Notes under the pieces: model-generated
Told to the model about the DNA's origin: nothing
Database searches by the model: none
What the model saw: only the letters and a program-made list of their open reading frames with translations
Shown: positions 1-11,400 of the stretch, piece by piece
Position numbering within the stretch: position 1 is the stretch's first letter
Layout of the letters: every line of letters begins with the position of its first letter
Program-made: the position numbers and the translations under genes
Assembly (NCBI GenBank): GCA_000002445.1
Contig: CM000208.1
Coordinates: 2,944,001-3,008,000, forward strand
Direction of reading: 5' to 3'
DNA: 64,000 bases
From: Trypanosoma brucei
Taxonomy: Eukaryota

Positions 1-462
1 TCCATCAGGCCCGGCTCGACGCCGAATTAGGCGCCGCTCCCCTTGCGCAAGTAGATCGTGCACATTCTCTCCGTAAACCTCAATCATTGCAACCTCCAAG
101 TAACCATACATGTCAAGCACAGCCCTCGCCGCGAGAGAAAGGAGACCCGCCTCACGCCGTCCTCCGGCGATCGTATGAGTTTTCCCGCTGTTTGTGTGTC
201 CATACGCCAGGAAGCATGAGGTGTCAGGCTGCTCCGCAGAAGAAAGAATGCGGTCGTACACGAGTTTCTCAAAAAGCTCTTCATTGCTGCACCTTTCATC
301 CAAAACCTGGTCCACGCGAAAAATATGAGGGATAGATATCGCATATATACCCGACATATCCGCAACCACAACCTCCTTTCCCTTGTCATCTTTGACGTCT
401 ACACATGTAGGACTGCCTTCACTTGGTCGTAGACGAACAACCACATGTGTCCTTCGTCCCAT
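1..462 (-). CDS. Kinesin-like motor protein, N-terminal 154 codons only (gene continues past the left edge)
   Basis: Manual translation of the minus strand from the ATG at revcomp 460-462 gives MGRRTHVVVRLRPSEG...FLAYGHTNSGKTHTIAGG...YLEVAMIEVYGENVHDLL. This shows the kinesin N-terminal strand (VVVRLRP), a P-loop (GxxxSGKT) and the IEVYNE-like motif. The frame stays open to base 1. It is not in the supplied ORF track because there is no in-window stop. Confidence 0.8.
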   Translation of the reverse strand, partial: MGRRTHVVVRLRPSEGSPTCVDVKDDKGKEVVVADMSGIYAISIPHIFRVDQVLDERCSNEELFEKLVYDRILSSAEQPDTSCFLAYGHTNSGKTHTIAGGRREAGLLSLAARAVLDMYGYLEVAMIEVYGENVHDLLAQGERRLIRRRAGPDG

Positions 463-985
463 TCACTGGAGTGATGACCGCAACTGAGTCTTCCCAGGGG
501 GAGAACCAAAGTAAACAAAAGAGAGAGGAATACAAAAAGGGATTCAACAAAGCAGCTAAATTTCATGAGACAACCCTTAAGTCAGGTGGCAACTCTAATG
601 GACAGATGCTGTAAGGGAACAGTATAAGGGAATAAGAGAAACGGAAACGGCACATTACGGTGGCCACCGAAGAAACGCCCCTCCACCCCCCCCCCCAAAA
701 AAAAAAAAAATATTTCTTGCTTTTTCTGGGTATCTGCGCAACACGTCCTTTAAGTCACCATCCCACAGGGTGGTTGTGAAGTAGGCTCGGAAGCAACCGC
801 TGACGCTTCAGTTGTGTTACTCACTATGGAGGTTAATGAAGTTAAGAGCCATCACACCAACAAGTCCACTTCCCCCACCCCCGTCAAGGCCTGTTTCCCA
901 TAACACGGCCCCTGAATTTCCCACTGTCCCTAGTTTCTACCAAATCAGCCTTCGAAACGGGAAAGTAGGTGTGGTCACCCTGAGT

Positions 986-1606
986 TCAAGCGGAGAGGTA
1001 AAATACGTATACCAAAATGATCAGTATGGCAACCGCTAGAAGACACAAAGTGGCCACCCAAAAAAAATAGTTCCCATCATCTGCCGCACTCGACGGCAGC
1101 GACGACGGTGTTGGCTTGTTTTGAATCCCCGACATAATTTCCTGATAACTCCGCTTGACAGGCATCGGCCGCCCGCTACGTGCTATGTTTAGGCGCGAGG
1201 AACTAGGAGCCGTGAACACCTTCTTCGTACGTAGCAGGTAAAGATCAAATTTAATAAAGCAATAGGGTCTGGTCGCTGCCTCTACCTGCGAACCATATTG
1301 TAGAAGAAACTCTCGTGCCACATCTTCCAAATACGCCTGCGGTATACTTGCCGGTGTAGCCACATCACACATGGTAAGAAACAGCACACCAGACTCGGCA
1401 AGGATGTAGAATAGATAATTTTTCCATGAAACAGTGAGTAATGGTGGCATATCTACAGAGAGTTTTTTACCATCCAGCGTCAACTTACGAAGCAGTCCCT
1501 TAGCCGTAGCTTTACACTGCTCAATTTCCTCACTGCATGTATCAGTGTCAGCTGCTAAAACAAGTGCATTTTGTTGTCGGACAATCAAGGTAAAATACAG
1601 CATCAA
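986..1606 (-). CDS. Longin-domain R-SNARE, Sec22-like vesicle trafficking protein (206 aa) with C-terminal TM anchor
   Basis: The N-terminal ~130 aa align by eye to Sec22 longin domains (AYLEDVAREF vs AFAYLEDLHSEF; RPYCFIKFD vs RPYSFIEFD; LRTKKVF vs IQKTKKLY). There is a C-terminal hydrophobic anchor (YFFWVATLCLLAVAILIILVYVFY). The region where the SNARE heptads should sit is short and proline-containing. Confidence 0.65.
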   Translation of the reverse strand: MMLYFTLIVRQQNALVLAADTDTCSEEIEQCKATAKGLLRKLTLDGKKLSVDMPPLLTVSWKNYLFYILAESGVLFLTMCDVATPASIPQAYLEDVAREFLLQYGSQVEAATRPYCFIKFDLYLLRTKKVFTAPSSSRLNIARSGRPMPVKRSYQEIMSGIQNKPTPSSLPSSAADDGNYFFWVATLCLLAVAILIILVYVFYLSA

Positions 1607-2070
1607 AGTGCTGCGACTGAATTCCCGCCTACACCAACGATGTACTGAAAACTGTGTGGAATTTTTGGTGGTGTACCATGTACCAAAAAAAAAAAAAGAG
1701 AGGGGGCCGAAAAGGAAGAAGAAGAGATGGTGCTATCAAAGATCAATCAGTCAAGAGCATGACAGGCAGAGCAACCTGAAGAGAAAGAAAAAAAAGAGGA
1801 CAAGGGAATAAATTACAAGAAAAAACAACAAGAAGAGAACATGGGAGAACGTGTTGAAGAGGCAGCAGAGAATGCGTGCACTTATAAGCGTGCACATTTT
1901 TTCACTCCTTGCAGCTTAAGAAACAAACAAAGAAAAGAAGAACTTGTTTTAGAGACAATAAAAGGCAAAATGGGGGTGGAAATATAGAAAATTTTTTCTT
2001 TGAGCTCGACAACCCTGCTATATTCGTCAACATGCACACGCAAGATGTGTGGGGGAGGAGGGGGGACTTT

Positions 2071-2517
2071 TCACGAATTGAATGTATGTATCCGCGTGGT
2101 GATGTGGCTTCTACACGTTGGACAACTATTAAGACCGGTGGAGCATGCCCAGCAAACCTGCAGGTGGCGGCACGGTTGCAGTAGTGTATCCCGTCGATTT
2201 TGCAAGCACACAACACACTCTTCCTTTTCGTTTCGCGCTGGCGAAGGTTCGTATGAAGTTGGGGGTGCCGTCCAGTCAGAACCCGTGGGTTCCTCTCTGA
2301 AAGTTCTCAACTTCGTGTATAGAAAGTACAACCCCGCTCCCACAGCAGCTGATGTTCCTAAGATTGCACACAGGTGTGAGAAACGCGAAAGTCGATACAA
2401 CTCGACCTCCTGACGCACAATAGTCTCTTGGAGTATGTTTATCCTTTTTCGCTGCATTAAGTCCATACCTAACCAGCCTCCCGCAATAGCCCCAATCATC
2501 AATAATGTGTCCATCAC
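2071..2517 (-). CDS. Small membrane-anchored C3HC4 RING-finger protein (putative E3 ubiquitin ligase), 148 aa
   Basis: C-terminal CVVCLQNRRDTLLQPCRHLQVCWACSTGLNSCPTCR matches the C3HC4 RING spacing. There are two N-terminal hydrophobic segments. Confidence 0.6.
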   Translation of the reverse strand: MMDTLLMIGAIAGGWLGMDLMQRKRINILQETIVRQEVELYRLSRFSHLCAILGTSAAVGAGLYFLYTKLRTFREEPTGSDWTAPPTSYEPSPARNEKEECVVCLQNRRDTLLQPCRHLQVCWACSTGLNSCPTCRSHITTRIHTFNS

Positions 2518-3500
2518 CGCTGCCTAATCAAAGTGGTCGACAGTATCGTCACACTAACAAGCAAAGCAGGTGAAAAAAGAAAAGAAAAAGGGGGCATTGT
2601 TTGGCCCTACAAGGAAGAATGTGCGGTCTCCACGTTCGAATGGGGGAATCAACTTCACATATCCACGCTGCTGCGATCTACACCTTCCTCAAATTTCATC
2701 GAAAACTTCACAAAACCAGCCGCAAGCTAAAAAAGCGGTTGCAACACACACACAAAAAAAAACACGTGTACATAAACATATATAAAGGAAGAACACACAT
2801 AACATGGCAGACCTTTGAGGGTCTGTGTTGGTCTCCTAACGAGTGGAGAGCGCGTCAACCACACGGAAGCCATGATTTTGCCTTTTGTGGGTTTTCCCCC
2901 AGTAAATCAAGGAAATCATCGTTGCGAGCGTTGCAACAATAAATGCACTCGCGCCGGTCTACATGCCCCGGAAAACTCCTTTTTTGATATTTCCGACAAT
3001 TTACAATATGCTGGAGATATTTCCTTTTCGGTGTCCGCTACCGCCGCTGCCACCGTTCAGCATCCCCAACTTTGTCTGCTGCTTGGTGAAAACCGGATCT
3101 AACTCTCTTTAAAATCCTTTGTTCCCTCCGTAGAGTCTCTTGACGTTTCCTATAATTCCCTCCAAGGTGGAATAAAGGGAGTCGCAACTGCACTCGGTGC
3201 GTCGCGCACTTAGATGCTCAGGTCGGAGCACATCACCTTCAAGTGTGTGTGGACAATATACAAGCAAACCCCCCTCTCGGATACGGTAAAAGGTACCAGT
3301 AAGCGAATGGTGCAAATACACGGTATCTCACACGTATGCATGCGTGTTCCTGGTGGTCACACACGTGCCTCGCCGTCCCCGGTTCAAGCGGTTGTAGCCA
3401 ATGTCATAAAACAAAATCAGACACAGTTTATTTTTTTAAAAGTTTTACACCGGGAGGAGCACGGTCAGACGCGGTGTGGTCGATAGTAGAGTTACAACTA

Positions 3501-5084
3501 TTACGGTTTCGTGTGCATGTTGAAGCAGCGCCAGAGTATCATCGTGAAAACGGAGTCGTCACTACAAGCAGCGGAAATAGAGTTCCAGAAATAAAAAAAA
3601 CGATCATACGCGAATTTTTCTCCGAGGCACGATGACATAACATGGCGCCATTCCTCACCGCTCACAAGTCCCCCCTCGGCATTTCCAGGGTGGAAAGAGG
3701 CCAGCAGATGTTCAGTTGTAACGTTCACAACTCCTCCTGAAGCGTCGCAACCACCTGCCATCCTCCCGAACAGCTGTTTGATCAGTGCTTCTCGCTTTGC
3801 AGAGCACTTGCCGCCCAGCAGCGCTATTAGTTGAGTTTTGTTTCTAGCCTTGAACCGTAACCACTCGACCTCTACATCACTAACAGTATCTGGTACCCCG
3901 GCCTTGCGAAAAGAGGCCACAAATGTTTCAATTGGGAGCTCACCATCGGGGAGGTTGAGATAAAGACGCGGTAGAGCCAGCATACCTCCTTCTTTGACCA
4001 CGTAGCGCCTCACAGCTTCTACGACAATGGCAAAAAGCGACTCACCAACGGGGGCGAAGTGGCACACAAACTCTTGCATGAGGGTTTTTACCGATAATAC
4101 CTCGTGGAAGCCACCCTCTCTACCCCGGAGGTAGCTAAAAAGTTCACGTATATCATCCTTCGTCAGCCCGACACGAATGCCGCTGCATAGCTTTTCAAAA
4201 GAAGAAGCACTCAGGCCACATCTCACCAAATCCTGATCTATGTCAGCGCAGGCTCTCGATAATTCTGTTCCACCCGATGTGTCAAGGGGCTCTAGCGGCA
4301 CCTGCCGCAACTCTGTGATGAGGGCCAGGGTACCAGAGTGGCCTTCCCTGTTTGGGTCACCGACCGCCTCCGCGAAGACAGATAAAATCAACTGATAATG
4401 AAGCTCAGCAGGAAGCGGTCGAAGATATAGCAGCGCATAGAGGTAAGGTGCCTCAATTGCGACCTTCGTCGCCGACGGCGCTGTGTTTGTGGAGCAGTAG
4501 TCAATCAAGAAAAATGCTTCCGAAAGGGTAAGACCATGTGTCTGCGTTAAATGATCTACGAGCATAGCGGAGTCAAGGACGCACATGTCCTCTTTCCCCA
4601 CTTGAGTGTGTGCTGCAAGTTCCCTGCCACAAGGGAACTCCGAAGCATGAGGCCTAGGTGATTTTGCGTCCATCCCACGGAGCGTCTCGTACAACATAGA
4701 AGAACGCATAGGACACATCTGCCGTAAGCACCGAAGTAGTGTCACAGGGCTAACACGAATACATCCCTCCTCCGACGCTGCAGCGCCACTGTACTCGCTT
4801 AGTGGAAGAGCCGCTAGAAGTATAGCCAACTCTCTATCACTGAAAGATTTGACGGGGAATATTTGGCGTAGAATTCCTTTCAGAAGCCAAAGCTCTGTGC
4901 TTTGCTCGCGATCCCGTGCGCGGTATTTCGAGTCGATAGCCGTGAATGCTGTTGACATGGACCTCACGAAAGTTGAGGGGTTACAGTTCCTAAGACACTG
5001 TGCCACACGGTGGTGGAGCTTCAGGAGGTACTGGGGGTCACGAAGCAGGGACTCCGCTGCCGAATCAAGCTCCGGTAAACTCAT
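3501..5084 (-). CDS. Hypothetical protein, 527 aa (no recognisable domain)
   Basis: A long uninterrupted minus-strand ORF of normal complexity, co-oriented with neighbouring genes. I could not assign a family. Confidence 0.55.
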   Translation of the reverse strand: MSLPELDSAAESLLRDPQYLLKLHHRVAQCLRNCNPSTFVRSMSTAFTAIDSKYRARDREQSTELWLLKGILRQIFPVKSFSDRELAILLAALPLSEYSGAAASEEGCIRVSPVTLLRCLRQMCPMRSSMLYETLRGMDAKSPRPHASEFPCGRELAAHTQVGKEDMCVLDSAMLVDHLTQTHGLTLSEAFFLIDYCSTNTAPSATKVAIEAPYLYALLYLRPLPAELHYQLILSVFAEAVGDPNREGHSGTLALITELRQVPLEPLDTSGGTELSRACADIDQDLVRCGLSASSFEKLCSGIRVGLTKDDIRELFSYLRGREGGFHEVLSVKTLMQEFVCHFAPVGESLFAIVVEAVRRYVVKEGGMLALPRLYLNLPDGELPIETFVASFRKAGVPDTVSDVEVEWLRFKARNKTQLIALLGGKCSAKREALIKQLFGRMAGGCDASGGVVNVTTEHLLASFHPGNAEGGLVSGEEWRHVMSSCLGEKFAYDRFFYFWNSISAACSDDSVFTMILWRCFNMHTKP

Positions 5085-6700
5085 CTCCGCTTTTTGGAGT
5101 TTCCTCTTTTGTTTGTTTGCTTGTCCCCCCTTCTGGTGTCCCTGCGCGCCTTCGCGTTGCCCTCAACAACCTCTACACCACAAGCGAAAGTTACTGGTTA
5201 GGGAACGAGGGAGGAAGAAAAAAAAAATGAACAAGGATTAGGACGAGCTAGCAGCCATTTAGTCTCAAAAATGTCCCCATTCCCCTCCGGCATCCTTAGC
5301 TTTCTCATTTCTTCATCGATCAGATGAAACCCCGTGCTAAACCCTCATCTGGGCTCGAGTAACTGGTAAACCATTGACTATAGTTTGGTAAGATAACAAA
5401 TAATAATAATAATAATGTTAGTTTTCAGCGTGTGGCACACGTGACGGCACATCATGCGGTAATGAAGGCCCAAAGAGGAGTATTACTCACGCAGCATAAC
5501 ACCACATTTTAGTTTGCCATTGGTCCCCCATGGAAGTCCCGCAACAAATGATGAGAACAGAACCCCTTTGATGGGTGGCTACGCGGTACACACACGCACA
5601 CACACCCTCCGGGCAAGCCATCAAGTTAAAAAAAAAAAGTAACAGAACTTTCCATCGAGCAAGGTAATCGATCACTGCCTTTTCATGTGCCTGTCATCTT
5701 TCTTGGAAGGAGTTTCCGTCCATGTATCCCAAATACACTAACTTTGAGGTGCACGTATTTTGTAATGGAGAACAAAGACACCCACTTACAGCCACCTCCA
5801 CAATTCAGTTAACAACAAACGAGTTGAACCCCCCCCCTCCCCGAATCTTACAGAACTATCCGCTCTTCCTTGCTTCTTCCACGGGAAATGTTGTGCAGCT
5901 GAACCTCGTCATTGTGGATCGACTCTAGAGCGTCGTGTACGGCCCCAAGTCCATATAAGACAAGGGAAAGATCTCGCCTTCACCAGGAAAGCAGCCCACA
6001 GCTTGACGTAAACACACCCGACCGATGCCGCTTGCCGTTACCAAACTGCTTTCACCCTTGTCCTCATTAAAAAACAAAAACGGTGGCACCTGGTAGTCCT
6101 TTCCCTCCGTCCCCCCCCACACAGATAGCAGATGTGATCCCCTGGAGTTTAGACAGCGTTAATTATCGACATCGGCGGAAGCTATCTTCGGGAAGTTATT
6201 TCTACTCAAGCAAAACAATTTTGATGTTCGCCACCCAGCCTCACTGGGGCCCAAGAGCTAACGACGGTAGCGGCTTAATCCGTCCATCATTTAACCGACC
6301 AAGCCAACATCAACTCAGGTGAACACTGGAACCCTTAGGCAGTTTGATGAGATGTATTTGTCATACGTGGTCTCTCATACCCGTTGTTAGAGTCAGATTT
6401 TCGTTTCCACATACATAAAGACGCAGTTAGTCGAGGAAAGCGGGAGCAATGATGGCCGTTCACACACTCCAAAATGTCAAGCCGGCATCACTCGAAACAG
6501 GACGTTGCAATACGGAAGCGAGGGCAAATAGTGCGGTTCACAACAGTGCCTACGATGCCTCATCCAGGTCGGCAAACAGGCGAAATAACAACAACAAGGT
6601 GGTTAGTGTTAAAGGAAAAAGAGTAAGGAATGCAAAAATATATTTATTAGTATAAATCTGGACCTACTCCCAAACCCTCAGCCACATTTTTGCCACATTC

Positions 6701-7753
6701 CTAAGCCTTTGGTAGAAGAGGGTACAATACGCTTGCTCCTAGCGCTCCAAACATCGCTATCCACTCCGTGGTGTTGAAGTGTCGGTAATGTCCAAAGTAA
6801 ATAACTGAGAGGGTAAATGTGCCCAACTTGCGTAGCGTCAGTATCAGCACTAATGTGAACGCCGATGTTTTGTTGTTCAACACATACACACCCATCACAC
6901 ACATATATTGTGTAACAGCATTCAAAAGAAAGTATACGTAATTTTCCGATGAGACGGAAGCAAACTCAGTAAAAAGTCGACTAGGCTGCGACAAAAAAAG
7001 TGGAATGCCAACGGCATGGGAGAAAAACAGCGCCTCCGCCCACATCGGAGCCGGGGACGTTTCCGTTGCCTCTTCCACGGAACGTGGCATTTTCGGGTTG
7101 TCCGTCTTCTTCGACTCAGTCTCCAGCGCCTTTTCGCGACGCTCAGCTGTCTTGTACATGTGCTCCTGCATGAGGCTAAGAGCAGTTGACAGAACCGTTG
7201 TGAACAAAAGGATCAACATTCCACACAAACACCAGAAGTACTCACTCGTGTCCTGAGTTCCACTACTACCGTCTGTGGTCGACCGCGAAGACCGGCGGGA
7301 CTTCTCCACCGTCAACAGTACAAGTCCTACCGTTATCATGGAAACACATGCCACCTGCAGAAATGTGTACCGTTTATTTAAAAAGAAGAACCCAACCAAC
7401 ATATTCAGAAGAAGGGGCAGTGATCGGAATGTCGAGTGGACGGGGACGGAGACATGCATATTGAAGGCAAGATTGGTGGCTACGCCCATAACCCACGCGG
7501 TCACACCGACTGCCAGCTTGTGTAACGTGGAAAGCCTCCCAGGTCGCATCTGCAACGGAAGCAAGTGCGCTTTCCCAGGCACCTTTCTAAACGTACACAC
7601 GTAAGGAAGTGAAAGTAAGGCAACGGCCACATATTGAGCAAACGTCATGGCATACATAGTATCTCGGTTCTTCGCCACAATAAGTTCTAGCAAAAACATA
7701 TTTGCCTGGCAACCACCAAGTACGAGACACACTGCGGGGGCCGCATCGAGCAT
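6701..7753 (-). CDS. Polytopic membrane protein, possibly a nucleotide-sugar transporter-like (SLC35/UAA-type) carrier, 350 aa
   Basis: About 8-10 hydrophobic helices with one central hydrophilic loop. Size and topology resemble Golgi nucleotide-sugar transporters, but no diagnostic motif was verified. The start is ambiguous: an overlapping in-frame ORF begins at 6902. Confidence 0.4.
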   Translation of the reverse strand: MLDAAPAVCLVLGGCQANMFLLELIVAKNRDTMYAMTFAQYVAVALLSLPYVCTFRKVPGKAHLLPLQMRPGRLSTLHKLAVGVTAWVMGVATNLAFNMHVSVPVHSTFRSLPLLLNMLVGFFFLNKRYTFLQVACVSMITVGLVLLTVEKSRRSSRSTTDGSSGTQDTSEYFWCLCGMLILLFTTVLSTALSLMQEHMYKTAERREKALETESKKTDNPKMPRSVEEATETSPAPMWAEALFFSHAVGIPLFLSQPSRLFTEFASVSSENYVYFLLNAVTQYMCVMGVYVLNNKTSAFTLVLILTLRKLGTFTLSVIYFGHYRHFNTTEWIAMFGALGASVLYPLLPKA

Positions 7754-8357
7754 CTTTCCTACTGATCAACTACTTGTTTACTACCCTCAAACAACAACAC
7801 ACGATTTTCTCAGAGTCCCTCAAAGAAAGCAAAGGAAATGAGTACAGCGGTAAAAAACAAAAAAAGAAAAGAGTAACACTTGCTGTCTAACACACAAAAC
7901 GCAACACTTCAACAGTTTACCTGCTAGATCCCCCACAAGAGGGGGGAAAGTGATCGCCGCCAGAAACTGCCGTATGTCCCCGCCTTCGGAATTAAGGACG
8001 CAAGGGGAAAAAGTGCTCAGTACAGACAAAGCCGCATCAAAACCCCGGACCGGCTAATGTGTTGAGTTTCAAATGAATTGTTTTCCCAATGCTTTTTCGT
8101 TCATCTCAGAAAACAGAGGGACGGACAAGGCGAATCGCAAAACAAAGCGGAGGAGTAACCTTAGCAATAGACGAAACATTTGGAGGGGAGAAGGTTGTGA
8201 CGCCCCCGGGAGCGGCGCTGCCACAGGGGTTCTTACATGGTCGTACGCATGCGTCTCCTAAACGGTCCAGTGGGCAGCTCAGTGCCTTCGCTTTGTCGTC
8301 ACCGGCAACATAAGCAAAGGGTGCGAGAAGGTAAAGAAAAGAGGAATACGGGTTGCA

Positions 8358-8382
8358 CCCCCCCCCCCCCACACACACACAT
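8358..8382. repeat. C13 homopolymer followed by (AC)6
   Basis: Seen directly. Homopolymers of this length often cause assembly or length-variation artefacts. Confidence 0.9.
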
Positions 8383-8479
8383 ATTAAATGTCCTTGAGCA
8401 AACCTAAAGGCAAAAGGAGGTAAACGATGTTCCCTGGTCTTTTTTGTAGATCCGCCAGGTGCGTGCAGCCCTTGACTGC

Positions 8480-11400
8480 TCAGAAGAAAAGAGCGGGCCT
8501 CTCCACCAAGGTCGAGTTTGTGCGTGCAAATTTGCTACGTGCCGGTGCATCACGCTGCTTATTCAGTGAAAAGGTCCGTCGCCGCACATAACCATTCTGG
8601 TTGTTGCTACTGCTTCGGGAATCCCAACGCATCCCTGCAGCAGCATCAACCGACACTGAAGACCTCGACCGCAACAATCCTTTGGGTGCGTCACGCTGCG
8701 GGCGCTGGGAATGTCCTCTCTTTAACGAAGTTTGAAGGGATGTAGCGCGTATCAATTGGGAAGTGGTGATGGGCTGTCCAACCTGACACCGCAGCAACTC
8801 AGGATTCCGTTTCATTGCCTTCCGCCTGACAAGGTCGCTATGGTGCTTGTGGGCTGTTACGGTTGCCGTTACGTGCTGTCGCCGCCGTTCCGCGAGTCCG
8901 AGTCGGCGTGACACCTCATCGGTCGTACGCTGCTTCACCGCCAGTTGGTGCTGAAGCACAGCTAATTTCATGTCCCGTTCCCGAGACTCGTGCTGGTGGC
9001 GGTTTTTCAGTACGTGTTTATTAGCCTCCTGAATGCGTATTTCCTCTTTTGCCTTATTCAGTTTAGCAGTCAGCTCCGCCACTTCACGCTGAGAATTGCA
9101 ATATTCTTCGTTCAACTTTTCCCACTCAATCTGCACTTCACGCAGTTGCCTCTCAGATGTGCGTTGCTTCATATTGTGCTCCTCAATGTATGTGTAGAGG
9201 TGAGCAATTTGTCCTTCCATCTGTTCCCGTTCATCCATATAATCCTGGTCAAGTGCAACGAGGCTCTTGTATTCGTTCTCTCGGTGTAGCAATCGCTCTT
9301 GCAAGAGCCGGTTCTCACACTCCAAGTCCTCAATCCGATAGTCGCGCTCTCTACTGCAAAGGATTTCATCTTCTAGTTGCTTCTTCAGGGTTCGCACCTG
9401 GCTGCGCAACTGCACATTCTCGTGGCCCTGGTGTAGCGATGCGGATCCAGAGTTTTCCACTACGTCACCACCATACCCCACTGACATGAAGCGTGCCTTC
9501 TGTTGTGGAGTTAGCAGAATCCATATACTACGAAATGCCTCGTCTTTTTTCTGCATCTCCTGAAGTAAGGCGCAGTGCTCCTTGTTGCCTCGTTCAAGTT
9601 CCTCCTCTGTACTCGTCAAACGACTTTGCAGTACATCACAGAGATTTCTCTGATCCTCAAAGGCAGTTGTCAATCGTTCACATTCTTCAGCGCGCTCACC
9701 AGACGCCTTGAACCACGCAACTGTCTCTTCACGAATAACACGTTCAGTATATTCATGAAGAAGTTTAAGGTTGAGCTCTTCCAATTGGTCCGTTAATCCC
9801 GTGTTTTCGTTCGTCACCCTCTCTAACCGTTGCCGAAGTTCCTCGCAGCTTTTTTCCGTCTGCACAATATGTTTTCTTGCCTCCAGGAGCTCTGCCATAG
9901 TACGCTTCTGCTCACTGCGCATCGCTTCCACGGTCTTCGCCATTACCTGCTTTTGCTCGCTCATGCTATCAAACTGTTCTTGCATCCACCGAAAAGTGTC
10001 CGTTACCTTATGAAGCAACTCACTAGTTCCTACCTCCAATACGGCCTCTTCAAGAGTTTGTTGCGCTTCATCGCACTGCCGTACTCGTTGCTCCAGTTCC
10101 TGCCGAAGCTCCTCGGCTACGTCCCCACGCGACTCCAGTGAACAGAGATCCCGTTCGCGTTCACGCAAGACACTCTGGAAAATAGCACACTGGCGCTCTA
10201 GAGCCACCACATGGTCCCGAATCACTGGATCTTCGGCGCTGTTGGCGCCAGATGCATTGGCTAGTGAGTTTTCCGTGTTCGTTGCCGCATCACCATTTAC
10301 CTTCTGGGGTTGTTCAGGTTCCTTTCCTTCATGATCCATACCATCGTTTGAATTGGGAGCATGCTTCTCCCTTCGTGTTAGGGATGAAAGTTGCTTTTCA
10401 ATGTTCACCTCTTCTTGAAGTGTGGCGACACGGTGGCGCAAAGTTTCAATTTCCCGCGTAAGATTTCCATAAGCTTCCTCAAAACTACACCCATTCCTCA
10501 TAAGCAAATCTCTTACTCTTTCTTTTGTCTTTGTTAGAACGCACCGTTTTGCCGTTGTAGCAAAGTCAAGCGAACTCTTTGTTTCCGCAGCACTGCGTTT
10601 GTCGAGTGACACAGTCGCGATAAGAAGAAGATAACAGTCAGCGAGAGTCGATGCAAGGTAAAGCGTGAGCATCGACTCTCGGACTGGAAGTACATCCGCC
10701 TCCTCGGCCGTAGCCCTAATTACGGAGTGCAGAACTGAAAGTGACTTGTTTATGGCAATAGCTTCCCCTAGTTCGTCACCCACCACTCCTGTTCGCTTTA
10801 CACGCTCCGACCCTGCCAAATCACCCAAAGTTAAGCGACTCGTAAACACTGGAATACCGCCAACACACTTTGTTACATGTAGGGAAAGCAGTACATGCGA
10901 CCGGGAACTGCGTGCGTTTAACGCGTGGTGACTGACAAAACGCTTTCTCTGCGCTTCAGCGATGCGTGCAATTGCAAGAGTTGCATTCTGCACGAGGTAA
11001 CGGGGCTCGGGAACCGCGGTGCCCAAAGGTTTTTGGAGCAGCATACCGTGTTCTGATTTCCCTCTCCCCAGCAAGTTGTAGGCATTGTTGGTGTATATTT
11101 GTATATACCACAATTCTATAATGTCGTTCTCAGCGTCAAGGTTGTCAAACAAAGCATTGATAAAGGCGGGTGCCAAAACGTTAATTGTGTGCGTCTTCCC
11201 GCTCCCCGTTTGCCCGTAGCAGAGGACACAAGCATTGAAGCCAGCCCTCAGCTGCTCAACTATACCCGGAACTATCGACTCACATATTTCGCTATCACTC
11301 ACTGACGGGCCAAAGACACGACCAAACTCATACGTACGTTGCACCTCTTTTGCCCCATCGGCAGTTGGTGTTATGACTGTAAGCATGTTCCCCTCTTCGG

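Noticed and set aside
84-389. ORFs 84..389 (-) and 87..335 (+) from the track
   Set aside because: A different minus-strand frame over the same bases encodes a kinesin motor with canonical motifs. These two are frame artefacts.
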